Below are positions 1 through 9,620 of a stretch of 64,000 nucleotides of DNA, piece by piece; position 1 is the stretch's first letter; each line of letters opens with the position of its first letter. A model generated the notes under the pieces. The model did no database searches. It saw only the letters and a list, made by a program, of their open reading frames with translations, and was not told where the DNA came from. Position numbers and translations under genes: made by a program. Source of the stretch: Candidatus Pacebacteria bacterium UBA6180 (GTDB lineage Bacteria; Patescibacteriota; Microgenomatia; UBA1400; PJMF01); contig DITQ01000001.1 of assembly GCA_002422165.1 (NCBI GenBank), positions 7,919 through 71,918 of the forward strand, given 5' to 3'.

Positions 1-1
1 G

Positions 2-406
2 CCATCGATCGTCAAGCAATTCGAAGCCATCACTGGTCAGCACCCTCAAGTGACTAAAGCCCGCAAGGCGATTTCCAACTTCAAACTGCGCGCTGGTGAC
101 CCCATGGGCGTCATGGTGACTTTGCGTGGTGAACTAATGTGGGAGTTTTTGGACAGATTATTGTCGATTGTCTTGCCTCGTGTCAAAGATTTCCGTGGTG
201 TCAGTCGCACTGCCTTTGATGGTCAGGGTAATTATAGCCTGGGTATTGAAGAGCAAATCTCTTTTCCAGAGATTGAATTTGATCAAATTGATAAGATTCG
301 TCCACTACAAATCAACATCGTGACTAGTAATAAAGATGACAAAGAGGCTTTCCGTTTGCTCGAATTGCTCGGTATGCCTTTTGCATCGGAAGAAGTAAAG
401 AACTAA
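2..406 (+). CDS. rplE: 50S ribosomal protein L5 (5'-truncated by window edge)
   Basis: [37 protein letters not shown] motifs; spc operon order. Confidence 0.98.
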   Translation, partial: PSIVKQFEAITGQHPQVTKARKAISNFKLRAGDPMGVMVTLRGELMWEFLDRLLSIVLPRVKDFRGVSRTAFDGQGNYSLGIEEQISFPEIEFDQIDKIRPLQINIVTSNKDDKEAFRLLELLGMPFASEEVKN

Positions 407-410
407 AAGT

Positions 411-641
411 ATGGCCAAAAAATCAAAAATCGCTCAATCAAAAAGAATGGCCGCCAAACGCGACCTTCTCCTGAAGTCCGGGGTGAAAAAAGTCAACCGG
501 GTCTCGACTAGAGTCGTGAACCGTTGTAAAATCACTGGTCGCCCAAGAGGCTATATGCGCTTCTTTGGTTTGAGTCGTCTTACTTTTAGAGAATTAGTAG
601 CCAAAGGTGAATTACCTGGTGTAGTTAAAACCAGCAAATAA
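411..641 (+). CDS. rpsN: 30S ribosomal protein S14 (zinc-free form)
   Basis: MAKKS...[31 protein letters not shown]; lies between L5 and S8. Confidence 0.96.
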   Translation: MAKKSKIAQSKRMAAKRDLLLKSGVKKVNRVSTRVVNRCKITGRPRGYMRFFGLSRLTFRELVAKGELPGVVKTSK

Positions 642-645
642 CATT

Positions 646-1035
646 ATGACCGATCCTATTGCAGACATGATTACTAGAATTAAGAATGCGGTGGCGGCGG
701 GTCACAAAGACCTCGTCATGCCTCATTCTAAACTCAAGATGTCCATCGCTAAGATTCTCCAGGATTTCAATTACATTGAAGCCTTTGAATTGGACGAATC
801 AGGCCAGTTTAAACAGATCAAGCTGGTGATGCGCTATGTGGGCAAATCACCCGCCATCAGCGGTGTGAAGCGCGTCAGCAAGCCTGGTCGCCGCATCTAT
901 AAGAGTTCAGGAGACATCCCAAGAACTCTCAATGGTTACGGTTTGACAATTTTATCGACCAATAAGGGAGTCATGGACGGCAAGACCGCTCGTAAAAGTA
1001 ATTTAGGTGGCGAAGTGCTTTGCCAAATCTGGTAA
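646..1035 (+). CDS. rpsH: 30S ribosomal protein S8
   Basis: MTDPIADMITRIKNA, SKPGRRIY, GGEVLCQIW. Confidence 0.98.
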   Translation: MTDPIADMITRIKNAVAAGHKDLVMPHSKLKMSIAKILQDFNYIEAFELDESGQFKQIKLVMRYVGKSPAISGVKRVSKPGRRIYKSSGDIPRTLNGYGLTILSTNKGVMDGKTARKSNLGGEVLCQIW

Positions 1036-1049
1036 AAATTTAGGAAAAT

Positions 1050-1589
1050 ATGTCAAAAATTGGTAAAAAAATCATCAGCATTCCAGCTCAAGTCACTGTC
1101 AGTGTGACTGATGGCCAAGTGATCGCTCGTGGTAGCAAAGGCGAGCTGAAACTAACCATTCTACCCAACATCGAAGTTGCAGTTGAAGGTCAGGAAATCT
1201 CTATCTCTCGCAAAAATGATGCTAAGCAGACCCGTGCCAACCACGGTTTAATGAGAAGCTTGATTGCCAATAACGTTGAAGGTGTAGCGAATGGTTACAA
1301 AAAATCTCTCAAGCTGGTCGGCACTGGTTACAGAGTGACTGCCAAGGGAGCTGGCTTATCGATGACTTTGGGTTTTTCTCATCCAGTCGAAGTCGAACCA
1401 GTAGCTGGTGTTACTTTCAAGGTCGAAGGCAATGACACTGTTCACATAGAAGGCATTGACAAGCAAATGGTCGGTCAAGTCGCAGCCGACATCCGTTCTT
1501 TGCGTCCACCAGAGCCTTATTTGGGCAAAGGTATTCGCTATAGTGATGAAATCGTCAAGAAGAAACCAGGCAAGGCTGCTGCTAAATAA
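1050..1589 (+). CDS. rplF: 50S ribosomal protein L6
   Basis: MSKIGKK, GTGYR, RPPEPYLGKGIRY. Confidence 0.98.
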   Translation: MSKIGKKIISIPAQVTVSVTDGQVIARGSKGELKLTILPNIEVAVEGQEISISRKNDAKQTRANHGLMRSLIANNVEGVANGYKKSLKLVGTGYRVTAKGAGLSMTLGFSHPVEVEPVAGVTFKVEGNDTVHIEGIDKQMVGQVAADIRSLRPPEPYLGKGIRYSDEIVKKKPGKAAAK

Positions 1590-1603
1590 AAAGAGGATTA
1601 TTC

Positions 1604-1963
1604 ATGTCAGATATTAAGTTATTAAACAAAAACAGAATCAAGAGACAGAAGCGCATTCGCGCCAAAATTGTTGGCAACAGCGCGCGTCCTCGTTTGACTG
1701 TCTTTCGCTCCAACGCCCACATTGTCTTGCAGGTCATTGACGATACTCTAGGAAAAACTTTGATTGAAGTTAGCGATTTGGGCAAAGACTCCAAAATCAA
1801 GGGCACCAAGACTGAACGTGCCGTGGAGGTTGCGAAAATTTTGTTGGCAGGATTGAAGAAGCAAAAAATTGTTGCTCTAGTTTTTGATCGTTCTTATTAT
1901 AAATATCACGGTAGAATCAAGGCAGTTGCCGAAACTCTTCGTGAAGGTGGAATCAAACTATAA
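1604..1963 (+). CDS. rplR: 50S ribosomal protein L18
   Basis: RPRLTVFRSN, FDRSYYKYHGRIKA. Confidence 0.98.
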   Translation: MSDIKLLNKNRIKRQKRIRAKIVGNSARPRLTVFRSNAHIVLQVIDDTLGKTLIEVSDLGKDSKIKGTKTERAVEVAKILLAGLKKQKIVALVFDRSYYKYHGRIKAVAETLREGGIKL

Positions 1964-1965
1964 AT

Positions 1966-2631
1966 ATGGCAAGAGATAATTTCGGCAAACCAGAAGTTAA
2001 GGAATTCGACGAGAAGGTCATTTCAATCTCGCGTGTTTCCAAGAAGACCAAAGGTGGTAATAAAGCTGGCTTTTCCGTGTTGATGGTCGTCGGTGACAAA
2101 AAAGGCCGTGTCGGTGTTGGTCTTGGCAAGGCTTCTGATGTGCTTTCCGCCATCAAAAAAGGCATCAAAAAAGCCAAGAAAAAACTCATTAGCGTTCCTC
2201 TAGATGGCACTACTATTCCTTTTGCTATCACTGTCAAAAAAGGTGCTGGTCGCGTCATGCTAAAACCATCTACCAAAGGTACTGGTGTCATCGCTGGTGG
2301 TCCAGTGCGCGCTGTGGTCGAGGCTGCTGGTGTCAGAGACATTACCTGTAAAATCATGGGCAGTGATAACCAATCATCTTCTGTTTACGCTACTTTTGAG
2401 GCTCTCAAGCAGATTTCAAAAATTGTTGAAATCAAAGACATCAAGCTGCGTTCGATCGCTGACATCGAAGAAGAAGAGCGCAAGAAAATGGATGAGTTGC
2501 AAAAGAAAGCTGCTCACAAAGAAGAGGCTGCGCCAGCCAAGTCAGCTGCCGCCAAAGCTGCTGTCAAAGCTCCAGCTGCTAAAGCTGCTCCCAAGAAGAA
2601 AGTAATTGCCAAGAAAGCAGCCGCTAAATAA
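1966..2631 (+). CDS. rpsE: 30S ribosomal protein S5 with Ala/Lys-rich C-terminal tail
   Basis: RVSKKTKGG, VGDKKGRVGVG, GTGVIAGGPVR. Confidence 0.98.
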   Translation: MARDNFGKPEVKEFDEKVISISRVSKKTKGGNKAGFSVLMVVGDKKGRVGVGLGKASDVLSAIKKGIKKAKKKLISVPLDGTTIPFAITVKKGAGRVMLKPSTKGTGVIAGGPVRAVVEAAGVRDITCKIMGSDNQSSSVYATFEALKQISKIVEIKDIKLRSIADIEEEERKKMDELQKKAAHKEEAAPAKSAAAKAAVKAPAAKAAPKKKVIAKKAAAK

Positions 2632-2642
2632 GGATTCTCGTC

Positions 2643-3080
2643 ATGTCGATTCTCAATTTAATCAAAAAAATTACCACTAGAAGCAGCAAACGACTTGGTC
2701 GTGGGTATGGTTCTGGCAAAGGTGGTCACACTTCTTCCAGAGGTCAAAAGGGACAGAAGTCTCGCACTGGCTCCAAGGTGCCTCTTTGGTTCGAAGGTGG
2801 CGCGCTGCCTCTCTCCAAGCGCATCCCGATGTGGCGTGGTAAAGGTCGCTTCAAGAGTTTGCAGAAAACTGCTGAGCTCACTTTCAACGACCTCAATAAA
2901 ATCGAACTGACCGAAATCAGTCTTGACTCATTGAAACTTCACAAAATCATTGACAAAAGATTCAAAAAAGCCAAAGTCATCAGTCAGGGCAAACTGACCA
3001 AAAAAATCAATTTGAAAGGCATTACTGCTTCGGCAGCAGCAGCCAAAGAAATTGAGGCTCTTGGCGGCAGCATTGAGTAA
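2643..3080 (+). CDS. rplO: 50S ribosomal protein L15
   Basis: RLGRGYGSGKGGHTSSRGQKGQKSR, FEGG. Confidence 0.97.
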   Translation: MSILNLIKKITTRSSKRLGRGYGSGKGGHTSSRGQKGQKSRTGSKVPLWFEGGALPLSKRIPMWRGKGRFKSLQKTAELTFNDLNKIELTEISLDSLKLHKIIDKRFKKAKVISQGKLTKKINLKGITASAAAAKEIEALGGSIE

Positions 3081-3133
3081 TTTGTTTTTGGTGGCACTTT
3101 AGTTTAGAATGTTGACTTCTTAAGTAAACAGAA

Positions 3134-4420
3134 GTGATAGAAAAATTTTTAAACAAAATCCAAGCGATTTTTGCCAATCCCAAATTAAAAGGAAAACTCT
3201 TGTTTACCTTAGGGATTTTTGCTTTGACTAGAGTTTTGGCCCATATTCCAGTCCCAGTGGTTGATTTGGAACAACTCCGTTATATTTTTTCTTCCAGTCA
3301 ATTTTTAAGTTTTCTTAACATTTTCTCTGGTGGCACGCTAGCCAATTTTTCGATCGTGGCAGTGGGGATTAGTCCCTACATTACCGCCTCGATTATCATG
3401 CAGTTACTTGGCATGGTTTTCCCCAAAATCAAAGAAATGCAAAAAGAAGGTGAAGCCAGTCGTGCCAAGCTCAATCAGTATATGCGTTTGGCCACTGTGC
3501 CAATTGCCATCCTACAATCAATTTCCGTGATAGCCTTGTTAAATTCTCAGGGCTTGCTGCTCTCAGCTGGTTTGTCCAACATGATTGTGGTAGTTAGTAC
3601 ACTGGTGGCCGGAGCATTACTCATGATGTGGCTTGGTGAAGTTATCAACGAGCGTGGTATCGGCAATGGTATCTCGATGATTCTTTTGGCTGGTATCGTC
3701 AGCCAAATTCCTTCGAGTGTCGCTTCGGTGTTGGCTCTTGGAGACACCATTCCACTTAGTTCAATTTTGACAGTGGGAGTGCTGTTGGTGGGAGTGATCT
3801 GGACAGTCGTCTTCATGAACGAAGCTGTTCGCAAGGTTCACATCCAATACGCCAAGCGAATTCGTGGTGGACGTCAGTATGGTGGTCAGCAGACTCATTT
3901 GCCAATCAAAGTAAATGTCGCTGGAGTGATGCCAATCATTTTTGCTGTGTCTCTGATGATGATGCCGGATTTTATCGGCCGCATGCTCCTGTTGGCCAAA
4001 AACTCGACCTTAGTACGTTTGGGCGAGCAAATCACTGTCCATTTTTCGCCGACTTCACCGGCTTATTTGCTTAGTTACTTCGCTTTAGTTTTCGCCTTTA
4101 GCTATTTTTCGGCAATGATCTTTTTCAATGCCGGCGATATTTCCGATGAACTCAAAAAAAGCGGTGCTTTCTTGCCTGGCATTCGTCCGGGTGGGGCCAC
4201 CAAGAAATTTTTGGAATTTGTCGTCAATCGTATCACTTTTGCTGGTGCGCTGTTCTTAGCTTCGGTGGCAGTTTTACCTTCTCTAGCTCAGATTATGACC
4301 GGTGTTCAATCTTTGGCGGTAGGCGGAACAAGTGTTTTGATTGTCGTGTCAGTCATTTTGGAAACTTCCAAGCAAATTAACTCTCAACTGCTCAGTGAGA
4401 ACTATGAAAAATATTCCTAA
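3134..4420 (+). CDS. secY: Preprotein translocase SecY
   Basis: GISPYITASIIMQLL, GIGNGISM, FLPGIRPG, GGTSVLIVV; about 10 hydrophobic segments. Confidence 0.98.
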   Translation: MIEKFLNKIQAIFANPKLKGKLLFTLGIFALTRVLAHIPVPVVDLEQLRYIFSSSQFLSFLNIFSGGTLANFSIVAVGISPYITASIIMQLLGMVFPKIKEMQKEGEASRAKLNQYMRLATVPIAILQSISVIALLNSQGLLLSAGLSNMIVVVSTLVAGALLMMWLGEVINERGIGNGISMILLAGIVSQIPSSVASVLALGDTIPLSSILTVGVLLVGVIWTVVFMNEAVRKVHIQYAKRIRGGRQYGGQQTHLPIKVNVAGVMPIIFAVSLMMMPDFIGRMLLLAKNSTLVRLGEQITVHFSPTSPAYLLSYFALVFAFSYFSAMIFFNAGDISDELKKSGAFLPGIRPGGATKKFLEFVVNRITFAGALFLASVAVLPSLAQIMTGVQSLAVGGTSVLIVVSVILETSKQINSQLLSENYEKYS

Positions 4421-4447
4421 AATAAAAATCACCACGAAAGGCATTTT

Positions 4448-5008
4448 ATGCAACTCGTTTTAGTAGGAATTCAGGGAGCAGGTAAATCTACCCAGGGTAA
4501 TTTGCTCTCAGAAAAATACAAGATTCCCTACCTGTCTTCTGGACATGTTTTTCGCGAGATGGCCAAAGAAAAAACTCCGCTAGGCCGTTTTCTTAAGGAA
4601 ACTCTCAATGCTGGTTATTTGGTGCCAGACGACAAAACCGTCGACATCGTCATGGAATACTTGAGCAAGCCAGAATACAAAAATGGCTTTATTCTCGACG
4701 GTTTCCCACGCACTGTTCCTCAAGCAGAAGCTTTCCAAAAATTCACCAAGGGTGAAGAAATCACTATTTTGATTGATGTTTCGGACAGAGAAGCTTTATG
4801 GAGAATTTCTGGTCGCGTCAGTGATCGTGAAGATGAGACGCTGCAAGCGATTCGCAAACGCATTGATCTATTTCACGAGAAAACTTCTCAAGTCCTAGAC
4901 TATTATGCCAAGCGAAAGCATCTGGCTTCAGTTGATGGTGAGAAGAGTGTCGAAGAGGTTTTTGCTCAAATTATCGAGAAAATCAAGCAAATTAGCAGCA
5001 AAAATTGA
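4448..5008 (+). CDS. adk: Adenylate kinase (short, LID-less type)
   Basis: GIQGAGKSTQ P-loop, GFILDGFPRT, DREDE; follows secY. Confidence 0.93.
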   Translation: MQLVLVGIQGAGKSTQGNLLSEKYKIPYLSSGHVFREMAKEKTPLGRFLKETLNAGYLVPDDKTVDIVMEYLSKPEYKNGFILDGFPRTVPQAEAFQKFTKGEEITILIDVSDREALWRISGRVSDREDETLQAIRKRIDLFHEKTSQVLDYYAKRKHLASVDGEKSVEEVFAQIIEKIKQISSKN

Positions 5009-5098
5009 AATTTGATGAGTCTCTGGTGATTTTTTACCGAATCTGGTATAATATCTCTTTTGTGATTGCGCATTTATGCTTTCACAGAAATAAATTAT

Positions 5099-5422
5099 AT
5101 GGGTAAAGTACAAGATCACAAAAGAAGCTCCAAGGTCAAGCGCCAGGTTGATTTTACCCTGCAAAGCGCCGACAGTCAGTCTGATCGTTTCGAGATTGTT
5201 GGTGAAGTGGTGGATTGTCTACCCAACACCATGTTTCGTATCTTGGTGACTGACGCTACTGCCAAGCAGATGGTTGGCAAGACCTTGCTCGGCACTTTGG
5301 CTGGTAAGATGCGCCTGTACAGAATTAGAGTTATGCCTGGAGACTACGTTAAGGGTTATGTTTCCAAATATGACCTAACCAAATGCAAGGTAACTTACCG
5401 AAGTAGCAAGGAAAAAGTATAA
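5099..5422 (+). CDS. infA: Translation initiation factor IF-1 (extended)
   Basis: GEVVDCLPNTMFR, AGKMRLYRIRVMPGD, YDLTK..TYR; ATG 5099 preferred to TTG 5066. Confidence 0.9.
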   Translation: MGKVQDHKRSSKVKRQVDFTLQSADSQSDRFEIVGEVVDCLPNTMFRILVTDATAKQMVGKTLLGTLAGKMRLYRIRVMPGDYVKGYVSKYDLTKCKVTYRSSKEKV

Positions 5423-5476
5423 ACTACCTCTTTAAAAAGTTCCCTTTTTGAGGTATATTGCGCGGGGTTTGTTAAT

Positions 5477-5590
5477 ATGAAAGTTAAAGCATCATTAAAG
5501 AAAATGTGCATCAGCTGTAAGTTTGTGAAACGCAAGGGGAAATTGTATGTTATTTGTAGTAACCCCAAACACAAGCAGCGTCAAGGATAA
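5477..5590 (+). CDS. rpmJ: 50S ribosomal protein L36 (not in ORF track)
   Basis: Manual translation [37 protein letters not shown]. Confidence 0.97.
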   Translation: MKVKASLKKMCISCKFVKRKGKLYVICSNPKHKQRQG

Positions 5591-5593
5591 TTT

Positions 5594-5992
5594 ATGCCAC
5601 GTATAGCCGGTCAAGACCTACCAGATCACAAAAAAGTACCTTACGCACTGCGTTATATTTTTGGCGTTGGTCCGAAGGTTGCTGATGACATCATCAAGCA
5701 GACCAAAATCAACCCTGACAAGCGTGCTAATGAACTCAACTCAGAAGAAATTAACCGTATCCAGGCTGCTCTAGATCAGATTATGGTAGAAGGTGATCTT
5801 CGCCGCGAAATCAACGATAACATTTCACGTCTCAAGAGAATCCACGCCTACCGCGGTTTGCGTCACAGTGCTGGCTTACCTGTCAGAGGACAGCGCACCA
5901 GATCTAATGCTCGCACCAAGCGTGGTGCTAAACGCACCATCGGTGCTCTCACTAAGGAAGCTGCAGCCAAGATTGACGCAACTAAGAAATAA
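5594..5992 (+). CDS. rpsM: 30S ribosomal protein S13
   Basis: MPRIAG, YRGLRHSAGLPVRGQRTRSNART. Confidence 0.98.
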   Translation: MPRIAGQDLPDHKKVPYALRYIFGVGPKVADDIIKQTKINPDKRANELNSEEINRIQAALDQIMVEGDLRREINDNISRLKRIHAYRGLRHSAGLPVRGQRTRSNARTKRGAKRTIGALTKEAAAKIDATKK

Positions 5993-6022
5993 TAAATAAT
6001 TTTTTAGATAATAAGTAATTTT

Positions 6023-6412
6023 ATGGCTAAACAAATCAAAAAAAATCAAACTAAGAAAGTCAATCGCGTCGTGCCTTCAGGTCGGCTTTACGTCAGCGCA
6101 ACTTTCAACAACACTCTAGTTAGCATTACTGATGAACAAGGTGGAGTGCTCTGCTGGTCAAGTACCGGTGAAGCTGGTTTCTCTGGTTCACGCAAGTCGA
6201 CTCCTTACGCTGCCACTGTAGCTCTAGAAAATGCAATTAACAAAGCTAAGAATTATGGGATGAATAAGATGGACGTTTTCATCAAGGGTCCAGGTCCTGG
6301 TCGCGACGTCGCTTTGCGCGTGCTTCGCGCTCAAGGTATTCGAGTATCCATGATTGCTGATTTGACCCCGATGCCACACAACGGCACCAGACCACGAAAG
6401 GCTAGACACTAA
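6023..6412 (+). CDS. rpsK: 30S ribosomal protein S11
   Basis: ATFNNT, RKSTPYAA, GPGPGR, PHNG. Confidence 0.98.
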   Translation: MAKQIKKNQTKKVNRVVPSGRLYVSATFNNTLVSITDEQGGVLCWSSTGEAGFSGSRKSTPYAATVALENAINKAKNYGMNKMDVFIKGPGPGRDVALRVLRAQGIRVSMIADLTPMPHNGTRPRKARH

Positions 6413-6413
6413 T

Positions 6414-7019
6414 ATGGCAAGATACATCGGTCCCAAACAAAGACTACAAAGACAGATTGGTGAGGACTTAGGGTTAAAAACCAACGCTCTCAAGACAGCT
6501 CGCCGCTTGGCTAGTCGTCCTGGTCAGCACGGTGCCAAGGGTCGTCGCAAAGTTTCTAACTACGGAATTCAACTCAAGGAAAAACAAAAGCTCAAGTATA
6601 TCTACGGTATTCTAGAGAAGCAATTGCGCGCTACTTACGAAGAAGCCAGCAAGAACCCTGCCGCTACTGGTACTGCTATGCTCAGTTTCTTAGAGCGTCG
6701 CTTGGACAACGTCGTCTATCGTCTTGGCTGGGCACCGACTCGTGCTGCCGCCCGCCAATTAGTTAACCACAATCATTTCACCTTGAACGGTAAGAAGATG
6801 AATATTCCTTCTTATCAAGTCAGAGTGGGTGATGTCCTGACCATGAAAGCCAAAACGGCCAAAGTTCCAGTTGTGGCCGCCACCATGAAGGAAGACACTA
6901 AGTTGCCAGCTTGGCTTCAAGCCAAAAATGGTGCTGCTTCAGTCACCAAATTACCAGTTAGAGAAGACATCACAGAAAAAGTCGATGAGCAGCTCATCGT
7001 CGAGTATTACAACAGATAA
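6414..7019 (+). CDS. rpsD: 30S ribosomal protein S4
   Basis: MARYIGP, PGQHG, LERRLDNVVYR, IVEYYNR. Confidence 0.98.
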   Translation: MARYIGPKQRLQRQIGEDLGLKTNALKTARRLASRPGQHGAKGRRKVSNYGIQLKEKQKLKYIYGILEKQLRATYEEASKNPAATGTAMLSFLERRLDNVVYRLGWAPTRAAARQLVNHNHFTLNGKKMNIPSYQVRVGDVLTMKAKTAKVPVVAATMKEDTKLPAWLQAKNGAASVTKLPVREDITEKVDEQLIVEYYNR

Positions 7020-7077
7020 TTATTAATTACGGAAACGGATTCCTCCTCTAGGGGAGGGAGATGAAACAAAGGAAAAT

Positions 7078-8022
7078 ATGTCACAAACAGTCAAAGATGA
7101 TTCCATCATGAATCCAAACTTCAGCGTCGTTGAAGTCGAGTCTAACTCTTCTCGCTCAACGATCGTCATCGAAGCCCTTGAAAGTGGCTTCGGTCACACT
7201 ATCGGCAACGCCTTGCGTCGCGTGCTTTTGAGCTCTTTGCCGGGCACTGCCATTACCAAGTTGAGCATTGATGGGGTTACTCACCAATTCACTTCTTTTG
7301 AAGGGATGACTGAGGATGTGGTAGAGTTAATTCTCAATCTCAAGCAAATCAGAGTTAAAGCTGACAGCAAGGAAGCTGGCATCTTGCGCCTCAATGTCAA
7401 GGGCGCCAAAGAAATCACTGCTGCTGATGTAGAGTGTGAAGCTGGTTTCGAAGTAGTTAACAAAGATCTATATCTAGCAACCTTAGCCAAAGGCAAGACT
7501 CTCGACATCGAGATGGTGGTCGAATCTGGCGTTGGTTATCAATTGGCTAGTGAAGTCGAGACTGAAACTGTTGGTCAGATGGCTGTGGACGCACTCTTTT
7601 CACCCGTGATCAAAGTTTCTTATCGAGTTGAAGCTACCCGCGTGGGTCGTCGTACCGACTTCGACAAAATTGTCTTTGACATCGAAACTGATGGCAGCAT
7701 CACCCCTCTAGAGGCAGTTAAGCAGGCTGCTACGATCTTGATCAAGCAGTTCAACCAAATCGTTAATCCAGTGGTTCAGGAAGTCAAAGAAGAATTGACC
7801 AACTTGAGCCCTGAAGAAGTTGAAGTCATGAAGTTGACCGTTGAAGAGCTTGATCTGCCAACCAGAATTGCCAATGCCCTGCGCAAAGGTGGTTTCGAAA
7901 CAGTCGCTAGCTTAGTTAGATCTCCCAAAGACGAGATCTCTCGCGTCAAGAATCTTGGTGGTAAAAGCATTGACCTAATCGAGGAAGCTCTTGGTAAAAA
8001 GGGAGTTGTCCTGACGGATTAA
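7078..8022 (+). CDS. rpoA: RNA polymerase alpha subunit
   Basis: GFGHTIGNALRRVLLSS, DALFSPV, TRVGRRTDFDK, alpha-CTD NLGGKS. Confidence 0.98.
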   Translation: MSQTVKDDSIMNPNFSVVEVESNSSRSTIVIEALESGFGHTIGNALRRVLLSSLPGTAITKLSIDGVTHQFTSFEGMTEDVVELILNLKQIRVKADSKEAGILRLNVKGAKEITAADVECEAGFEVVNKDLYLATLAKGKTLDIEMVVESGVGYQLASEVETETVGQMAVDALFSPVIKVSYRVEATRVGRRTDFDKIVFDIETDGSITPLEAVKQAATILIKQFNQIVNPVVQEVKEELTNLSPEEVEVMKLTVEELDLPTRIANALRKGGFETVASLVRSPKDEISRVKNLGGKSIDLIEEALGKKGVVLTD

Positions 8023-8038
8023 TTTTTGAAAGTGATTT

Positions 8039-8566
8039 ATGAAACATCGAATCAAAGCCAAGCATTTTAATCGAGACGCCAAGAGTCGTAAGGCCTTGCT
8101 CAAGAACTTATTGCGCGACCTTTTTACTCATGGTCACATTACTACTAGTGAAAGTCGTGTCAAAGAGATCGGTCGTCTGGCTGACAAATTAATTACCAAA
8201 GCCAAGCAGAGTACTCTGACGGCTCGTCGTGACCTCCATGAAGTTTTTGGTCGCCGTGACGTAGTCAATGCTTTGGTTGACAAAATTGCTCCTGCTTTTG
8301 GCGACAAGAAATCTGGTTTTTCTACCATCGAAAAAATTGCTGCTCGCCGCGGTGATGGCACTGTTTTGTATAAACTCTCGCTTTTACTTGGTGATCTGAA
8401 GCTCACTACGCTCAAGAAAGAAAAAATTGCCGCTGCCAAGCCAGTTGCAAAAAAAGTGACTGTTAAGAAAGAATTAGCTGTCAAAGCAACTACTAAGCCT
8501 GCTGCCAAAAAAATCGCTGTCAAAAAGCCCGCTGTCAAAGCCAAAAAATCAGAGGAGACCAAATAA
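8039..8566 (+). CDS. rplQ: 50S ribosomal protein L17 with Lys/Ala-rich tail
   Basis: MKHR, LADKLITKAK, RRGDG; follows rpoA. Confidence 0.95.
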   Translation: MKHRIKAKHFNRDAKSRKALLKNLLRDLFTHGHITTSESRVKEIGRLADKLITKAKQSTLTARRDLHEVFGRRDVVNALVDKIAPAFGDKKSGFSTIEKIAARRGDGTVLYKLSLLLGDLKLTTLKKEKIAAAKPVAKKVTVKKELAVKATTKPAAKKIAVKKPAVKAKKSEETK

Positions 8567-8997
8567 TGTTTCAAAAATTTAAATCTTTTATCCAAAAAAA
8601 AGAAGAAGTGCAGCGCGATTGGCTCTTTTACGATGCTTCCGGCAAAGTCTTGGGTCGTTTGGCTACTGAAATTGCTGAAAAATTAATTGGCAAAGACAAA
8701 GTCACCTACACTCCTAATGTTGACGGTGGCGATTATGTAGTTTTACTCAATGCTGAAAAAATTGAAGTGACTCGCGACAAAGCCAACAAAAAAATCTACT
8801 CATGGGGTAGCGGTTTTCCAGGGGGGCTCAAACAGCGCACCTTCACTGAAATGCTCGCCAAAAACCCAGAGAAACTGATTAAACACGCAGTCAAAAACAT
8901 GTTGCCCAAAAATCGCTTGCGCGATCAACGCTTGGATCGCCTCAAAGTGGTCGTAGGCAGTGACAACCCTTACCAAGGAATGACAAAGGCACAATAA
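8566..8997 (+). CDS. rplM: 50S ribosomal protein L13
   Basis: LGRLATEIA, YTPNVDGGDYVV, MLPKNRL. Confidence 0.98.
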   Translation: MFQKFKSFIQKKEEVQRDWLFYDASGKVLGRLATEIAEKLIGKDKVTYTPNVDGGDYVVLLNAEKIEVTRDKANKKIYSWGSGFPGGLKQRTFTEMLAKNPEKLIKHAVKNMLPKNRLRDQRLDRLKVVVGSDNPYQGMTKAQ

Positions 8998-8998
8998 T

Positions 8999-9514
8999 AT
9001 GGCAATAAGAATGAACAAGAAATCAGGCAAAGCCAAAAAAGTGATTAAGAAAATCATCACTCCAGTGGTTGCTGTCAAGAAAAAAGGCGTTGAAGTCGAA
9101 AAAAACTTCAAGATCCCCAAAACCAAGTACATCGAAGCAATCGGTCGTCGCAAAGTGGCTACGGCTAGAGTTCGTATTTATGAGGGTCAAGGCGATTTTG
9201 TGGTCAATGGCGCCCTCGTTTCGGACTATTTCACAGGTCTTCGCAATGCTCCGGCTCTTTATATGAAGCCTTTCGATCTGACTGGCAATAAAGGTAAATT
9301 TGCCGTCACTGCCAAAGTCAGTGGTTCTGGCATCAATGCTCAGCTTGAAGCTCTAACTAATGGTTTAGCTAAAGCTCTAGTTGCTTTTAATCCTGAATTA
9401 CGTACTTTCCTCAAACCTGCTGGTCTCTTGACTCGCGATGATCGTATGAAAGAAACTCGTAAAATGGGTATGGGTGGTAAAGCTCGTCGCAAGAGACAGT
9501 CGCCAAAGCGTTAA
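8999..9514 (+). CDS. rpsI: 30S ribosomal protein S9 with basic N-terminal extension
   Basis: GRRKVATARV, LLTRDDRMKE, KARRKRQSPKR. Confidence 0.97.
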   Translation: MAIRMNKKSGKAKKVIKKIITPVVAVKKKGVEVEKNFKIPKTKYIEAIGRRKVATARVRIYEGQGDFVVNGALVSDYFTGLRNAPALYMKPFDLTGNKGKFAVTAKVSGSGINAQLEALTNGLAKALVAFNPELRTFLKPAGLLTRDDRMKETRKMGMGGKARRKRQSPKR

Positions 9515-9569
9515 ATTTGATTTCGTCCTTTTTCTATACTACGGACGCTCCTTCACATAAGCTCAGTCG

Positions 9570-9598
9570 AAAAAACCCGCTCTCTCGAGCGGGTTTTT
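9570..9598. terminator. Bidirectional intrinsic terminator between rpsI and hup
   Basis: AAAAACCCGCTC-TCTC-GAGCGGGTTTTT between convergent genes. Confidence 0.9.
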
Positions 9599-9620
9599 GG
9601 TTTTTATGATTGGCGTTAAT

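Noticed and set aside
9520-9570. Degenerate REP-like sequence before the rpsI terminator
   Set aside because: Single copy in the window with weak pairing; not supportable.
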